From contig NC_045138.2 in NCBI RefSeq assembly GCF_008831285.2, positions 29,698,001-29,762,000 of the forward strand: DNA of 64,000 nt. Direction: 5' to 3'. The DNA comes from Nymphaea colorata (lineage: Eukaryota). Made by a program: the position numbers and the translations under genes. The notes under the pieces are model-generated. The model was not told where the DNA came from and made no database searches. It worked only from the letters and a program-made list of their open reading frames with translations. Numbering within the stretch: position 1 is the first letter of the stretch; each line of letters starts with the position of its first letter. Shown here piece by piece: positions 1 to 12,022 of this stretch.

Positions 1-1690
1 GGTATGCTTGAAGCCCACTGGATTATTTATGAGTGAGTGAATTCTTACATAATAATTACTGATATTGTGGTAAGGAACATGACAACGTTGATTTTCTTTC
101 CTTCCTCATCAAAATTATAGCTGCTGATAATGTTCCCATTTCACCTTAGCAGTTCCAAAATGATAGTTGTTGCTGCTGCTCACAACGCCTTCCCTAATAA
201 TGGCAGAATTATAGTTTTTTATTTTTGTTTTGATTTATTTCACTTTTCCTTTCATGGTGTGAAACTCTTGACCATCAAAATCCTACCCCAAGCTTCATAT
301 CAGGAACAATCACACTTGGTTTTTTGTTTTTTCTCTTCATGATGCAAGGACAGTTATACTCGACGTTATCTGGTAAGGTCATTCTTTTGCAGTTTTACTT
401 GTTACAGTTTTACTGGATTTAACATCCAATTTTAGAAGGCTTAGCGGCTTCTTTATATCCCGTCCCCAACCTGGTTGTCCTTGAAAATACACCTTTCTGC
501 CCAAGAGTTTTCCATTTGAATAATTCTCAGCCCGAACCATGGAAGATCGTATTTGCATATGAGCTCTGATTAATTTAATTGATAAAACTGGAAAGCCCGT
601 CTTTTTAAAATCGCCACTGTTGGGGGATGTCCATCACTACCGTCAAAAACGGTCCCACAAAAACTGATAGCAATTTCAAAATACCTTTTTGTTTTTGTAG
701 TTATTGGACCTTCATGTGCTAGAGCAATAAAGAATATGTTGGTTGTTAGTTCTTTTCTAGATGAATGGTTTGAGGGGAAGAAAAAAAGAGAAAAGGGATG
801 GTATTTTAATAATCTAGCGTTGATTGACAACTTTTTGTTATTGTTTTTGTCTCAATAGTTCATCTTGTAAGGATCAATGGTCAGGATTCATATACCATGA
901 GATATTGGTAAGTACCAGACCCTTAAGTGATAGATCCATGAGAAATCAACTTAAATTTAAATTGTAACGTCTTGGCTATTTTCCCAATAGGTTTGGGCCC
1001 TTCCACAAATCTCAACAAATCTCAACCTGTCACACTAACAGTTTCAGTTTCAACTCCAAAAAAGACGAATTCAATCAGTGAACAATTATAGTGAACAATT
1101 ATGCAACTCCTTTATAAATCATTGAAGATTTTTCATAATCTTAAATACAAAACTAAACTTTTCAAAGTGGACCTTTATACCGGTCTTTCCAAGATTGATA
1201 GTTAAAAACAAAGATAAAGAGAAAAATGTGTGTGTGTGTGTGTGTGCGAGAGAGGAGTTTGAACATTCTTCCCTCAAAGTTTAAGAGACTGCGGGAATGA
1301 AACACACAGAACAGTGTTCCACGAGTTTCAAATTGATCAATTCATCAATTCCAGCATTCCACCCATATAGGCATGCACACTTTCCCGGTCCGTGCATGCA
1401 AACACAGACTGAGAACGCGGTGCACTAGAGAATGCTGTTATTAGACACCCTCTTGGCTCTCCTGCCCCAGCACTTTTTACTCAAGCTAGTCTGTGATGAG
1501 CGTCCTGGTTCGTCGGCCACACGTCTTATGGTGGTTGCATCTTGGTCCTCCTATTCTCTCCCAATTCTTGCCGTCTTATTATGAAATATTAACATAAAGA
1601 TGATCTTTGTTAGTAATTTGAGTTACTGCAAGTTTTTCACACCCATGAAACGCCGCCGAAAGAACTATTTTATACATATGAATGGCTGCA

Positions 1691-1725
<35 letters not shown>

Positions 1726-1781
1726 TATAAGTGTGCATGTTTGTTCTAATGGTGTTTACTGATGACAATGGGAGGGAACAG

Positions 1782-3312
1782 AGGTTCGGGGATGGACCTG
1801 ATGACCAACTGCCCCTTGAATCAAATGGTGACTATACAAGGGCATTCGGACACCTGCACTTTGCAGATTTTAGCAACAACACTGAGAACGAAGGGCCACC
1901 CAACAATCTGCTCAACAGTGTGTGGTACCAACCAGAGGAGGTGTTCCCCATTGATGGAACCCCTGAAGTCAGGCAGCACGCTTTCTGGATCCCTGTTAAC
2001 AGACACTACTTTGATGTCTCGAAGAAACTGAAGGCAAGTAACTTGAATCCCTTCTGTACATAAATTTCATGTTCAGAGGCGCATCTAGAAAATGAATGAT
2101 TAATTTTCTTTAGAAAAAGGAAAAATGGTTCCCAAGATATGCATTTTTTGTTAACCATGAAACTGTTTGAGTGCATCTGAACAGTTTCTGAAACTTACTA
2201 TTGTGACCATTGGTGAAGATTTAGTTGTCATATTAAGGGCGTTTCTGAGTCTCCATTAAAATCCGTCTGAGAGAGGCTATCTCAGACTGCCAGACATCGT
2301 CTTTCCAGTTGTTTTCATAGAGGTGACACTGTTTTCACTGGTATTTGGCAATAGAATGAAGAAGACTGCGTACATTTATTTTGTCCTTAAGTGCATTCGT
2401 TCAAACACGCCATAAAAATATCAGCAACAACAGTGTTTTTATGGAATATATATATTTACACCCTCAAGTTCATGTCTGTCCGCGACTCTGCATGTCCCCA
2501 CCATACACAAACACATCCTGAGTGACAATGGCTTGTCACCATATGCAGCTGTTTTGATGCAGTGGAAAAGAGGACTCCCTCCTCTAATCCACGATCAAAC
2601 ACCAAACTAATCTAGGGTTAAATGAAAGAGATGCAAAAGGGAACGGAAAATGGAAACAGAATGCAAAATAACCATTAGGGTTTTTCATTAACTCCAAAAA
2701 CTGATTGCAAATGAAGACTAAATGCTCTTAAATAGAGTCAAGACGGACTTGTGGATTTGGAACCAGACCAAACAGCAATAAATAAAACTTAAGAATTTAT
2801 AATTAGACTCAAATGAAATAAACTAACAAATAAACCCACTTTGCGATTGATTTTTTTTTTTTTTCATGATATGCTCCTGCATCGAGTTTCCTACCATCAT
2901 TGTTGCCACTAGACAGTGCCAAGTGAACCTGTATCTAAATCTAGAATGGGTTGTTTATGTTTGATTGTAGGATGTCAAACTGGAAAGATGTCTGAACTCA
3001 ACTTCCTGCTTACCGAGGCAGCCGGTCACGACAACAGTGGGCAGGGGCACTAGTGCCAACATGTTTGTTGACAACGCCGCCTATAGGGCCTTCCTCTACT
3101 CCAAATTCGACATAACGCCAATAGACATGGAGAGTGCAGCAGTTGGACTGGTCTGCCTGCAGCAGAGGATTCCGTTCATTGCTTTGAGATCCCTTTCAGA
3201 CTTGGCTGGTGGCGGTTCTTCTGTTACAAATGAAGCTTCGATGTTTGCATTTCTGGCTGCTCAAAATGCCGTGCAAGCTGCAGTTAGATTCATCCAACTG
3301 TTACCTGCTTGA
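1782..3312 (+). CDS. Bark storage protein A-like / purine nucleoside phosphorylase (PNP_UDP_1) family, last two exons (1782-2033, 2971-3312); the 5' part lies upstream of the window
   Basis: The spliced translation RFGDGPDDQLPLESNGDYTR...VWYQPEEVFP...|DVKLERCLNSTSCLP...SANMFVDNAAYR...DMESAAVGLVC...FIALRSLSDLAGGG matches BSP/phosphorylase family motifs. The window begins G|gtatgc, the likely donor of the preceding exon. Both exons are phase 0. Confidence 0.9.
2555..2884. mobile_element. Probable solo LTR in the last intron of the BSP-like gene
   Basis: Ends are TGATGCAG...CTGCATCG (inverted terminal repeat, final A changed to G). Flanked by near-identical 5-mers tgttt/agttt. No internal coding sequence. 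Confidence 0.55.
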
Positions 3313-4093
3313 CTCGTTCATGTTCCTTCACTTTCCAAAAGTATACAAGAACGAAGTCTCTGGTCTGATCTATTGGAACTCAGTTTCTTGAAGGATATCT
3401 TTTATAATACTAAGGGTGACCCGCACCAAAACTTCAACTGGTATCCTGATAATTTCTCCACATGGTTGTTGCTCATTGTTATCTACAATTCTACATTATT
3501 GGCGTGTTCGCTGAGAGCCCATCGAGAACCATCTTCTCCAAACACCATGTCCACACAACTTCCTGTTGGCAGATGCCATTGGAAACCATGGAAAATTTGA
3601 GTTTAGCATAGAAGTGGGCTTGTGTGGCACGTGCCCGTTGAAAAGTTGCAATTTAATCATTAGTGTCCCTTGGCTAGAAATTTCTATCTCTGCCACTGGA
3701 TTTGCAAATGGTTCTTTTTCTTCCTCTCCCAATGTAGTTAGGTTAAACAAAATTTGATAATGTCCATATAATGTAGAGAGGGAGAGAGAGAGAGAGAGAG
3801 AGAGAATAAAAATAGTACCAAGTGAAAAACAAAAGCTATTCAGATAAGGAAAGTACTCTTCCTCTAGACTCTATTAGATCAAACCCAACCATGGGATACT
3901 TCTAAATTGAATAGAGATAAATGTTTACTGAGAGTAAACTGTTCTGAATATTTGTACACCAAGTAGTCACAACCGTTCTAGCTGGAATTATTACTGGATA
4001 ACTTCAGCAAGACCGATAATGGTAAAGGTAACAGATGGCAAAAAATAAACCTTGTCGATCATCTGGAAGAATCATTGATAAAACAATAGATGA

Positions 4094-6943
4094 TCAAACG
4101 TCATCCCCGCACCAATCCAGCAACGTTGGTGTTGCAACCCCAATATTTTTCATGTCAAAAATATTGGCTGGCTCAAAGAGAAGATCAATGATTAGACAAT
4201 ATTCACAATAAAAAAAAATCTGCTATTCAGCATAGCCATACCAACAGAAGATCAAGAAATAAGATGAAAACAGAATTTATTTGGCATTAGCTACCAGCAA
4301 CTTAATATTGTAAGTTTTAAAAACCAGTCATGCAGTTCCTTTTATATGAAATCCTTTAAAAGCGCTCTTGCCAGACTCTGTCGTTCTAAGTTGACCTAAA
4401 CATTTAATCCCATTCACCCCACAACAATGGTGTTATGCATATAAAATTTTGCAAGTCAGGAACTACCTGAACTACAAAATATCATCTAGAATACTGACTA
4501 ACATGCATACCATTGTGTATTTCAGGAGTAGCAGCAGCAGTTGCATCCACAATAACTGTAACAGATTTGTAATCAAGTGCAACGGCATCAAAGACAGTCT
4601 GTCTAATACAGTTTGGTGTTTGAACTCCTGTACAAATCAAAACAGCTGTTATAAGAAAAAGTAGAATCACAACATACTATAGGAAATGCAAGAGTTGTTA
4701 CACGTAGCGTTTACACTCCTGATGCATGAGATATCTGCATATCCAAAAAGGTAGAACCATAATAAAATTCTAAGTACTCTTCGACTTGTTCTTAGTTACT
4801 AAGGTATAGAATGTCTTAAAATATTTCAGTTCGTTGAAATTAGACTTCCCTTCCTTCAAGAGGTCTACCAACTAAATATCTCCATTGCAAATAATCTTAG
4901 CTTAGCCCTGTGGCCCTGCCAACCGAACTCTAATTTTGGAATCACTGACGACTATTAAAGAGACAAACTTTTCCTGTGTGTGTATAGCTCATAAACTGAG
5001 ATTCACTTACCAACAACGACAAGATCTGTGATACCAGCATTTTTAAGAAGTCCATCTAGATGTGTTGCAAAGAATGCACTGAAGCGTGTTTTCACCAATT
5101 TATAGTCACCCTCTTCAATTGTAAGGCCCTCCACTAGTTCAGCACCCTTAGATCCCTTGCTGACAGGTTTTTCTTTCCCATCACCATATAAGTGCCTCCG
5201 GAATACTTCAACATCTCTTCCGAAGGGATCATGTTCACGAACAACCTACAAAACAAAAGTGCAACATGCATAAATATAACATACAAAAGCATGAGCTGAG
5301 GTGTACTGATCTGTACGACAGAATAGTTGGTCATACCCATAAGGTAGAAGTCACTAGAATAATAGTCGCCATTTTGAAAGGGACCATGTAAACTCTGTTC
5401 TCGTCATTCTATATAGTGAAGCACAAGCAGAATAGAGCCCAGAGCACCATGTCCGACTAGCTGCAGACCAAGAATCATTTCGAATGGAAGATCAAAACTC
5501 GAGTTGAGGTTTTTGCCACTCAAAATTTGCAGCAAATTCTCATGGGGCTGCATAAGTAGAGAACTACATGGTACTAAGGAACACCTCTTTTTCATTAAAA
5601 TGTATTGGACAGGTTTAACAAAAAAAGTTGTGTTTATAAGGCTAAATAGCATTAGAATCCAATAGAGAAGTCCTAACATAAATTAACTTTAAGGTTTACA
5701 AACTTGTCCGTCCAACCAATTGTGAACTCCTCGGTCCTAGTAAGTTTGGTTGCAGATTTCTACCAATAATGATATCCTCTCGAGAAAGAAAGACAGCATG
5801 CAAGGATTTTCTAATTCTAGTTTCTCAAATACTTCAACCTTCTGATGCTTGGGAAACTTTACAGTTTTAGCTGCCAAACCATAATCATTTCCATTTATTT
5901 CTCTTATCAGTTATCACAGATTACTGATTACCGGATCAGACTGACCATAATTTTTGAACTCTCAGTTTGATGTGTTTCGTCGGATATAAGCTGACCTAAA
6001 CATGTCTTCGAAATGAATCTTAGGATGGAGTTAGGCTACAATGGTCAAATGCGAATGGATAACCAACAGAAACTTCACCCCCCCAAGATCTTAGCCTTTC
6101 AGAAGGCACTAATATAAAAATACAAGGGATTTGCATACATAATTTATAGCTATACAATTTCAACAAACAAAACAAACATGCCTACAAAAACAAGGAACTT
6201 CAGAAATGCAAGACACCTCCAAACAAGCAGGACCATCAAATGGCATTAGTGCAGAAATCCCGACTTCAAATTAGTGTTTGGTGTCAAAAAACATGGTTCG
6301 TATAAGGACTCCCCAATACATGGCTGGTTAGTGTTTCCGGATTTCAAATAATCAGAATAATTTTGCAAGGAAAGACACGGAATCAGTTTAATCATTTAGA
6401 GACGATCTTCGCCGACAATTAGAAGCAGTGAAGACTCGCCATGAGGCAATATCGGAGGTCAGGCAGATACTTCTCGTTTGCGATTTTCAGAATAAAAATA
6501 AAAGATACATCTCCCATTGAAATAAAACAGGAACCAAACGAAGCAAGAAGCGGCATTAAAGCGCCTCTCCCCAAAAAGGAATTGCACTAATGCAAAAAAA
6601 AAAAAAAATCACAGACATATCATTCCATTTTACAAACAAAAAGGGAAGGAACAAAAGGAGAAGAGGTTGAAGAACCATCTTGTTCATACCCAAATAATTA
6701 GTGCTCCTCTCTTTCTACCAATCTCCACAGCCTTCCTCACAGAAGGCACCACAGCGGCCCCACCAACCACTTGCATTGGTCCTCCTGGCAGTATGAAATC
6801 ATTCTGCAAGAGACGAAAAAGAAGTTTACTTCTCAAAAGTCAACCGATTTCCCATTCTATGAATATGGGATACGAAAATTGACTCTTGTAACCCATCAGA
6901 CTTGGAAAGCGAAAGAAAAGAACTTGAAAATTTTTTGCTGCCT

Positions 6944-6979
<36 letters not shown>

Positions 6980-7234
6980 TGCCTGCATGTCGACGACCAA
7001 CAAGGCCGTTCTCTTCCACTTGCTCCCTTCCATCACCCACCTGCTACCACCACCAGACACTCGCTTGGCTGTAGACAGTGGTGAAGATCGCTTGCCTCCA
7101 AAGCCAAGCCGTTGATGAGACAGAGAAAGTGACTTGTGCAGATTTAAAGACAAGCCACTGGGGATGCTTCTGCTGCATAGGTAAGTCGGCGAGCATCGAT
7201 TCGGGAGAAGAACGGAGGGGCATTTGATTGCCAT
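4094..7234 (-). CDS. Isochorismatase-family cysteine hydrolase (nicotinamidase-like, At3g16190 type). Exons 7234-6983, 6803-6690, 5245-5011, 4627-4511, 4167-4094
   Basis: The spliced protein ...MEGSKWKRTALLVVDMQ|NDFILPGG...ALIIW|VVREHDPFGRDVEVFRRH...VKTRFSAFFATHL...|GVQTPNCIRQTVFDAVALDY...|NIFDMKNIGVATPTL retains the Asp/Lys/Cys triad. All phases are consistent. A second in-frame ATG is at 7033. Confidence 0.93.
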
Positions 7235-8147
7235 AACGTTGGGAAGAAGACGAAGCAGCCGCAGTGTCCGCTTATTCGGTGGGACAAATCGATTATTCCC
7301 ATCAAGTTCGACTAGGAGTCGTCACCCGGAATAAGAAAGAAAAGCTCGGATTGAGCATGAATGGAGTATAAATCCGATTCAACACTCGCTTCGTCCCTCA
7401 TTTATTTAGGAGAAACCATTTTCGATGAAAAACTCCTACGATCGTTTGTCTTCAACATTTTGGCTCAACTAAACTGTTGCCCTCATCACGATTTATAATA
7501 CAGATGAGTAAAACACTAAAACATGACAGTGATCAATTGATGAAAGAGTGCAATTAAAAACATATAACATATTTGCTGTAAAACTATTGTAATTTGTAAA
7601 TGTGACTTTGATAGAAAATTTAGAATTCAAGTTGTTTTTGCTCGATCTATCTGCATAAGTGTTCGTTGCAATAAGAAAAACTCATATGTCAACCTTATAT
7701 TTGTAGGTTTTTCTAGAAATGGGTATTTATTTAGCTGGCGATGTTTGATGCATTTTTAATAATTCATTTTTTAAAACACGTCTTCGTATATTTGAATCCA
7801 ATGTTGATTTTGACTGAATAAATTTACATAAAAAAAACACATAAATTACATGCAAACTGTTCAATAGCACAAAATATGCCCTTCAAACCATGCGTTAATC
7901 ATTTTATTTGCTTCTAAAATACCAAAAAGTCCACTACTTTTGTGATGAGTCAAGCTGAATCAAGTGTTAATGGTCTACGCCGGTCATCCCAATTTCAAAC
8001 TCATGAGGGGCTTTAGCTATATGAACATGGCTTCAAATAAATCACCAACAATATTTCAGTGCTGAAAGCTTGGTATCTGATCAATTATTTATATGATAAA
8101 TTTTGCTCAAAAATAGTATTATGTGAATTGAAATTTTAATTTGTTTA

Positions 8148-8272
8148 GGGGTTGTTTGTAGAGGTATCGTATGAATTCATGCTGGTTCATGGTAATATGT
8201 GATTAACCTATCTCAATTTTTAAGGCAGATTCATAAGACATTCACAAAATGTCACGTCTGCCAAACTATCTT
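8148..8272. mobile_element. Tourist-like (PIF/Harbinger) MITE, degenerate
   Basis: GGGGTTGTTTG...CAAACTATCTT termini flanked by TTA/TTA. Resembles the copy at 56953. Confidence 0.5.
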
Positions 8273-8556
8273 TTAGAGAAAGCAAGTTCACAAAATGTCA
8301 CAACTTCATTGGGATTGAAGTTGGACCTGTTCCAACGATATGTGAGGCGCTGTACCTACACTAAATCTCGGTGATGACTCAAGTGCTTTTTGGGGGGGAA
8401 AAATGGCTTCATTACTACCTCTCATACTTTCAAATCTTAGTCTTCTACTCTCAATCGAGTATGTCACATAAGTATGGGTATGAGTACAAACTTAGGTGCA
8501 GGTACGGGCACAAATGCAAAGCAATTTCAAAGAGCATGAGTGTGTGGAAACATGAT

Positions 8557-8589
<33 letters not shown>

Positions 8590-9756
8590 ATATATATGAA
8601 ATTGAAATCAGCTTGTTGCTGAATGTTGCTAGATGACTAAATATTTGTTCTAGACACGGATCATTAAGAGAGATGGTTTTCCATGAAACAGAACTACCAC
8701 TTGGGATGGGTTGCATGGGCAGAGCAAAAAAATTTTCATGGAGGAACCGAATCGTAGTTTCAAAATTTTAACATGGTCAAAAATATAATTCTTCAAAATT
8801 TTTATATAAGATAAATAAAATATTTTAAAATTTACTTTGGTGCATAAAATGAAGCTCATGCTGCGCACTAGCTAGTGCCTTGCTCGCACTCTATTGGCAC
8901 TAAGGGTATAACACCCCTTCCACATGTACGCACAACCTATTATTATTGCAATCAATTTCTTTTCCTACGAGTCCTTGGAGAACTTATTCCTAGATAACTT
9001 TTGATTGCAGTATGCCCTTGAGGCCCGTTTTGGCAAATAGAACAGTAAACCTCCCCAGGTTCAAATAATGAGATATTTTAGATAAGCGGAGCATACTATA
9101 AAAAGATAGGGATATTTCTTCAAGACAAAGCATTCGTAAACATTTAAACAACGTCATTTATTAAGATGATTTTAATTTTCTACCAGGCCTATTATCACCC
9201 TTCTTGTTCCTTCCAAGTTCCAAGCAATCACAATTGAGTTAGTTAAATGATATATTTAAGAGTTCAAATAATCACAATTGAGTTAGTTAAATGATATATC
9301 TAAGTGTGTCACATCTATTTGAAACTTTTGAAACATATTATTTGAGTATACAAAGAGGATAATCAAGAACATAAAGGGCCAACAAATCACGATACATCAG
9401 AATCGTTGAGCAAATAATCATGATTTTATTTTCAAGCGATGGAACTTAGAAAATCGTTTGCAATAAGAAAGTTGAATCTATCTATGATAATAAATCAAGT
9501 GAAGTACATGTCTGGGTTGAACAAGGGCACCCCAAAACTTGAAATCAATCAAACATATAGTTGTGTTTGTGTGTGTTCCATTTTCTTGTGTCCTTGTGTT
9601 TCCCAGTTTAAAATGCAATTAATTTACTCATATAATGGTATAAATTGGTCCAACATTATTTATTTTCCTTAAAAAAAAACATTTTTGAGATTGAATTCTT
9701 AAGAAATAAAATCATGATTTACTTATAAGCCATTGATTAATTTTAATGTTTCTTTT

Positions 9757-9905
9757 CAGGGGCGGATACAGGTGTGGACTTCCTGTGGGCCATTGCCCAC
9801 ACGGACCTCAAAAATTGCCCACACGGACCTCAAAAATTTCTTACTTTTTTGTTGATATTCCTAAGCTAGTGCCCCTTAATCAGAATTTTTGAACTTCGCC
9901 CCCTG
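9757..9905. mobile_element. Degenerate hAT-type MITE, same family as 13646-13845
   Basis: CAGGGGCGGA...TTCGCCCCCTG termini and a shared CTAGTGCCCC subterminal motif. Decayed flanks gtttcttt/gtttcttc. Contains an internal short duplication (ATTGCCCACACGGACCTCAAAAA twice). Confidence 0.55.
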
Positions 9906-12022
9906 GTTTCTTCCCCCCTCTTTGTGCACCTCTCGTTTGTGCACTAAAATGATGTAGTCAAATAAATCGCGTATATCACATCTATTGACTGTTTTGATGG
10001 TCTACTTGCTTAATTAAATGGTTGCCAGGTGTGAACAAAAGGTATAAAACTTGAAGTGAACCATTCAATCATACAAAAATGAGAAAATATGACTTCCATC
10101 CCTATCTCCACGATCACCCCTTTTCTATTAAATCACATTTAATGAGGACATAAGTAGAATGTTTGTCAGCTTTTATAGTTGTTACCATCCCGATTCCCGT
10201 GCTGGTGCATATACATTTATGTGGAGATGTCAATGGATCAGATTCAGATCAAGTATTTAATTGAATTGTTAAAGAAAATGGATACAATAAAGAAACACAT
10301 CGAAAATGATTTGGATTCAAATTTCGCTTCAAATAAATATATATGATTGGGTTTGGATTCGGATTTAGTTTTATATAAAGTATCTAATAACAAATATCCA
10401 TATAAAAAACTGTTTTGACTATATAATAATATGGTTCCAACTCAGTTGCTTTAATTAAAAGTTGGGCGCGCATTTGGTTGTGGATTTAGAAGGTTTCGTT
10501 TTTGATTGAGCAGCTGGCGAGGTAGGTGTGGACAAATTATAGGCAATTGCATACATCTAGCCACAAAGAAATACTTACTTTTATGTTGATACCTTAAAAC
10601 ATTTTTTTTTTTGTTTACATGTTGATGCTTTTTCAAATTTTTAAATTAATATTCTTTAACAAAAAATATGTAGTTCCACTCGTGTCCGCCAACGACTTAA
10701 ATGAGCTTGACATGGCTCGTGGACCTATGGTGCTCGTGTTCACGACTGGACACTGACAAGACTCGGGCTGATCTGACCCACTTGATTGCATCAAGCCATC
10801 TTCCCATCTGCAGATTTCAGATTCAGGGAAAGAACGCCGCTTGGACGGTGACTTGTTCAAAAGGTAGAGCCCACACCGAACTCGGACTGGTCGAAGGTCC
10901 GAAGCGCGGAAGGATGCACGCGTCCTCGTTTGTGGAATGCGGACGGTAGAACAAACCTGGAGCGAGTCGAGTCGAGTCGAGTCGGCGGAACTGAGCTTGC
11001 TCGACTACCCGGTCAACAAGGCAAACGCGGGGCTCGGAGAAGTGGGCCCCGCAGAAGCCTTTGGACCTTGTCCACACCTAGAGGTTCGCTGACGCGTGAG
11101 GATGATGAGATTGGGGGCCCGCCGGACCACATCGTTTCTCGCCCTCAACCTCAGATTAATTACGAAAATGGCAGCCTCCTAAGGATCCGAATGTTCTCGC
11201 GTCCCCACGAGGATTTGAGCAGATTTAAAAATTCTAGATTATTCTTTTTAGAAAAAACAATACAAATCATTATTGGTGGATATTACACCTAAATCTAACA
11301 AATCAAACAATAAGGAACATAGCAAAATGATATTTCTCCTAACAAGAGTGTTTGTAACATATGTTTTATGATAATGTATATTGAGAAGAGTAATTTTAAG
11401 GTATGATTATACAGCACTAATGCACCGCATCTCAAAAAAAAAAAAATTTATTTTTCTTCAAGTATGATCAACTTGTTACCTTCACATATGAACAATGTAC
11501 TTATTCATGTTTGTGCACAAAACGTGTATCAATCGATATTCATTGCGAAGCATGCGTGTATAAACATTTTATAAAGTTAAGCAGTTATTAGTTTTTTTTT
11601 TAAGCTTTAATCGGTTACTTATGAATATATTAACAGCTGAGCAGTTATTAGTGAATTTCTCCAAACGAAGAAAATTCATACTTTCAAAGTAGCATATTCG
11701 TGTTAAACTTAATGAAAACATGAAAAACGACATTTACCCATCCGAAGATCAATGATCGATCTAAGCCGTTGGTTTTTCTTATAGAAGTTTCGTATCTGCA
11801 CGCCACGCCATTCTGGTGGGGCCCCACCGGACTCCGGAGTTCCGACGACGACGTGGACATTGAAGTAATATTTGGAAGACACGAGGCGATTTTGACGGGC
11901 TCGACTACTTAATAATCGCGCGCATTCCTCGGCTCCTGCCTTCGCCGCCAGGCAGCGCCACCACTGCTGCCGTACCCTCCGCCACCAGCAGCAGCCGGGG
12001 AAGTCAGCCCCGGCGGACCACG

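Noticed and set aside
1782..7234. Phosphorylase-family gene next to a nicotinamidase-like gene as an NAD-salvage cluster
   Set aside because: BSP-like proteins are not known to act on nicotinamide riboside and the substrate of this isochorismatase subfamily is uncertain. Adjacency alone is not evidence.
9221..9305. 44-bp tandem duplication; also the roughly 63-bp imperfect repeats at 13900-14110
   Set aside because: Only two or three copies with no associated structure; consistent with ordinary local slippage.
10701..11292. GC-rich stretch with overlapping ORFs upstream of LIN
   Set aside because: No recognisable protein motifs or splice structure; short ORFs are expected in GC-rich DNA.
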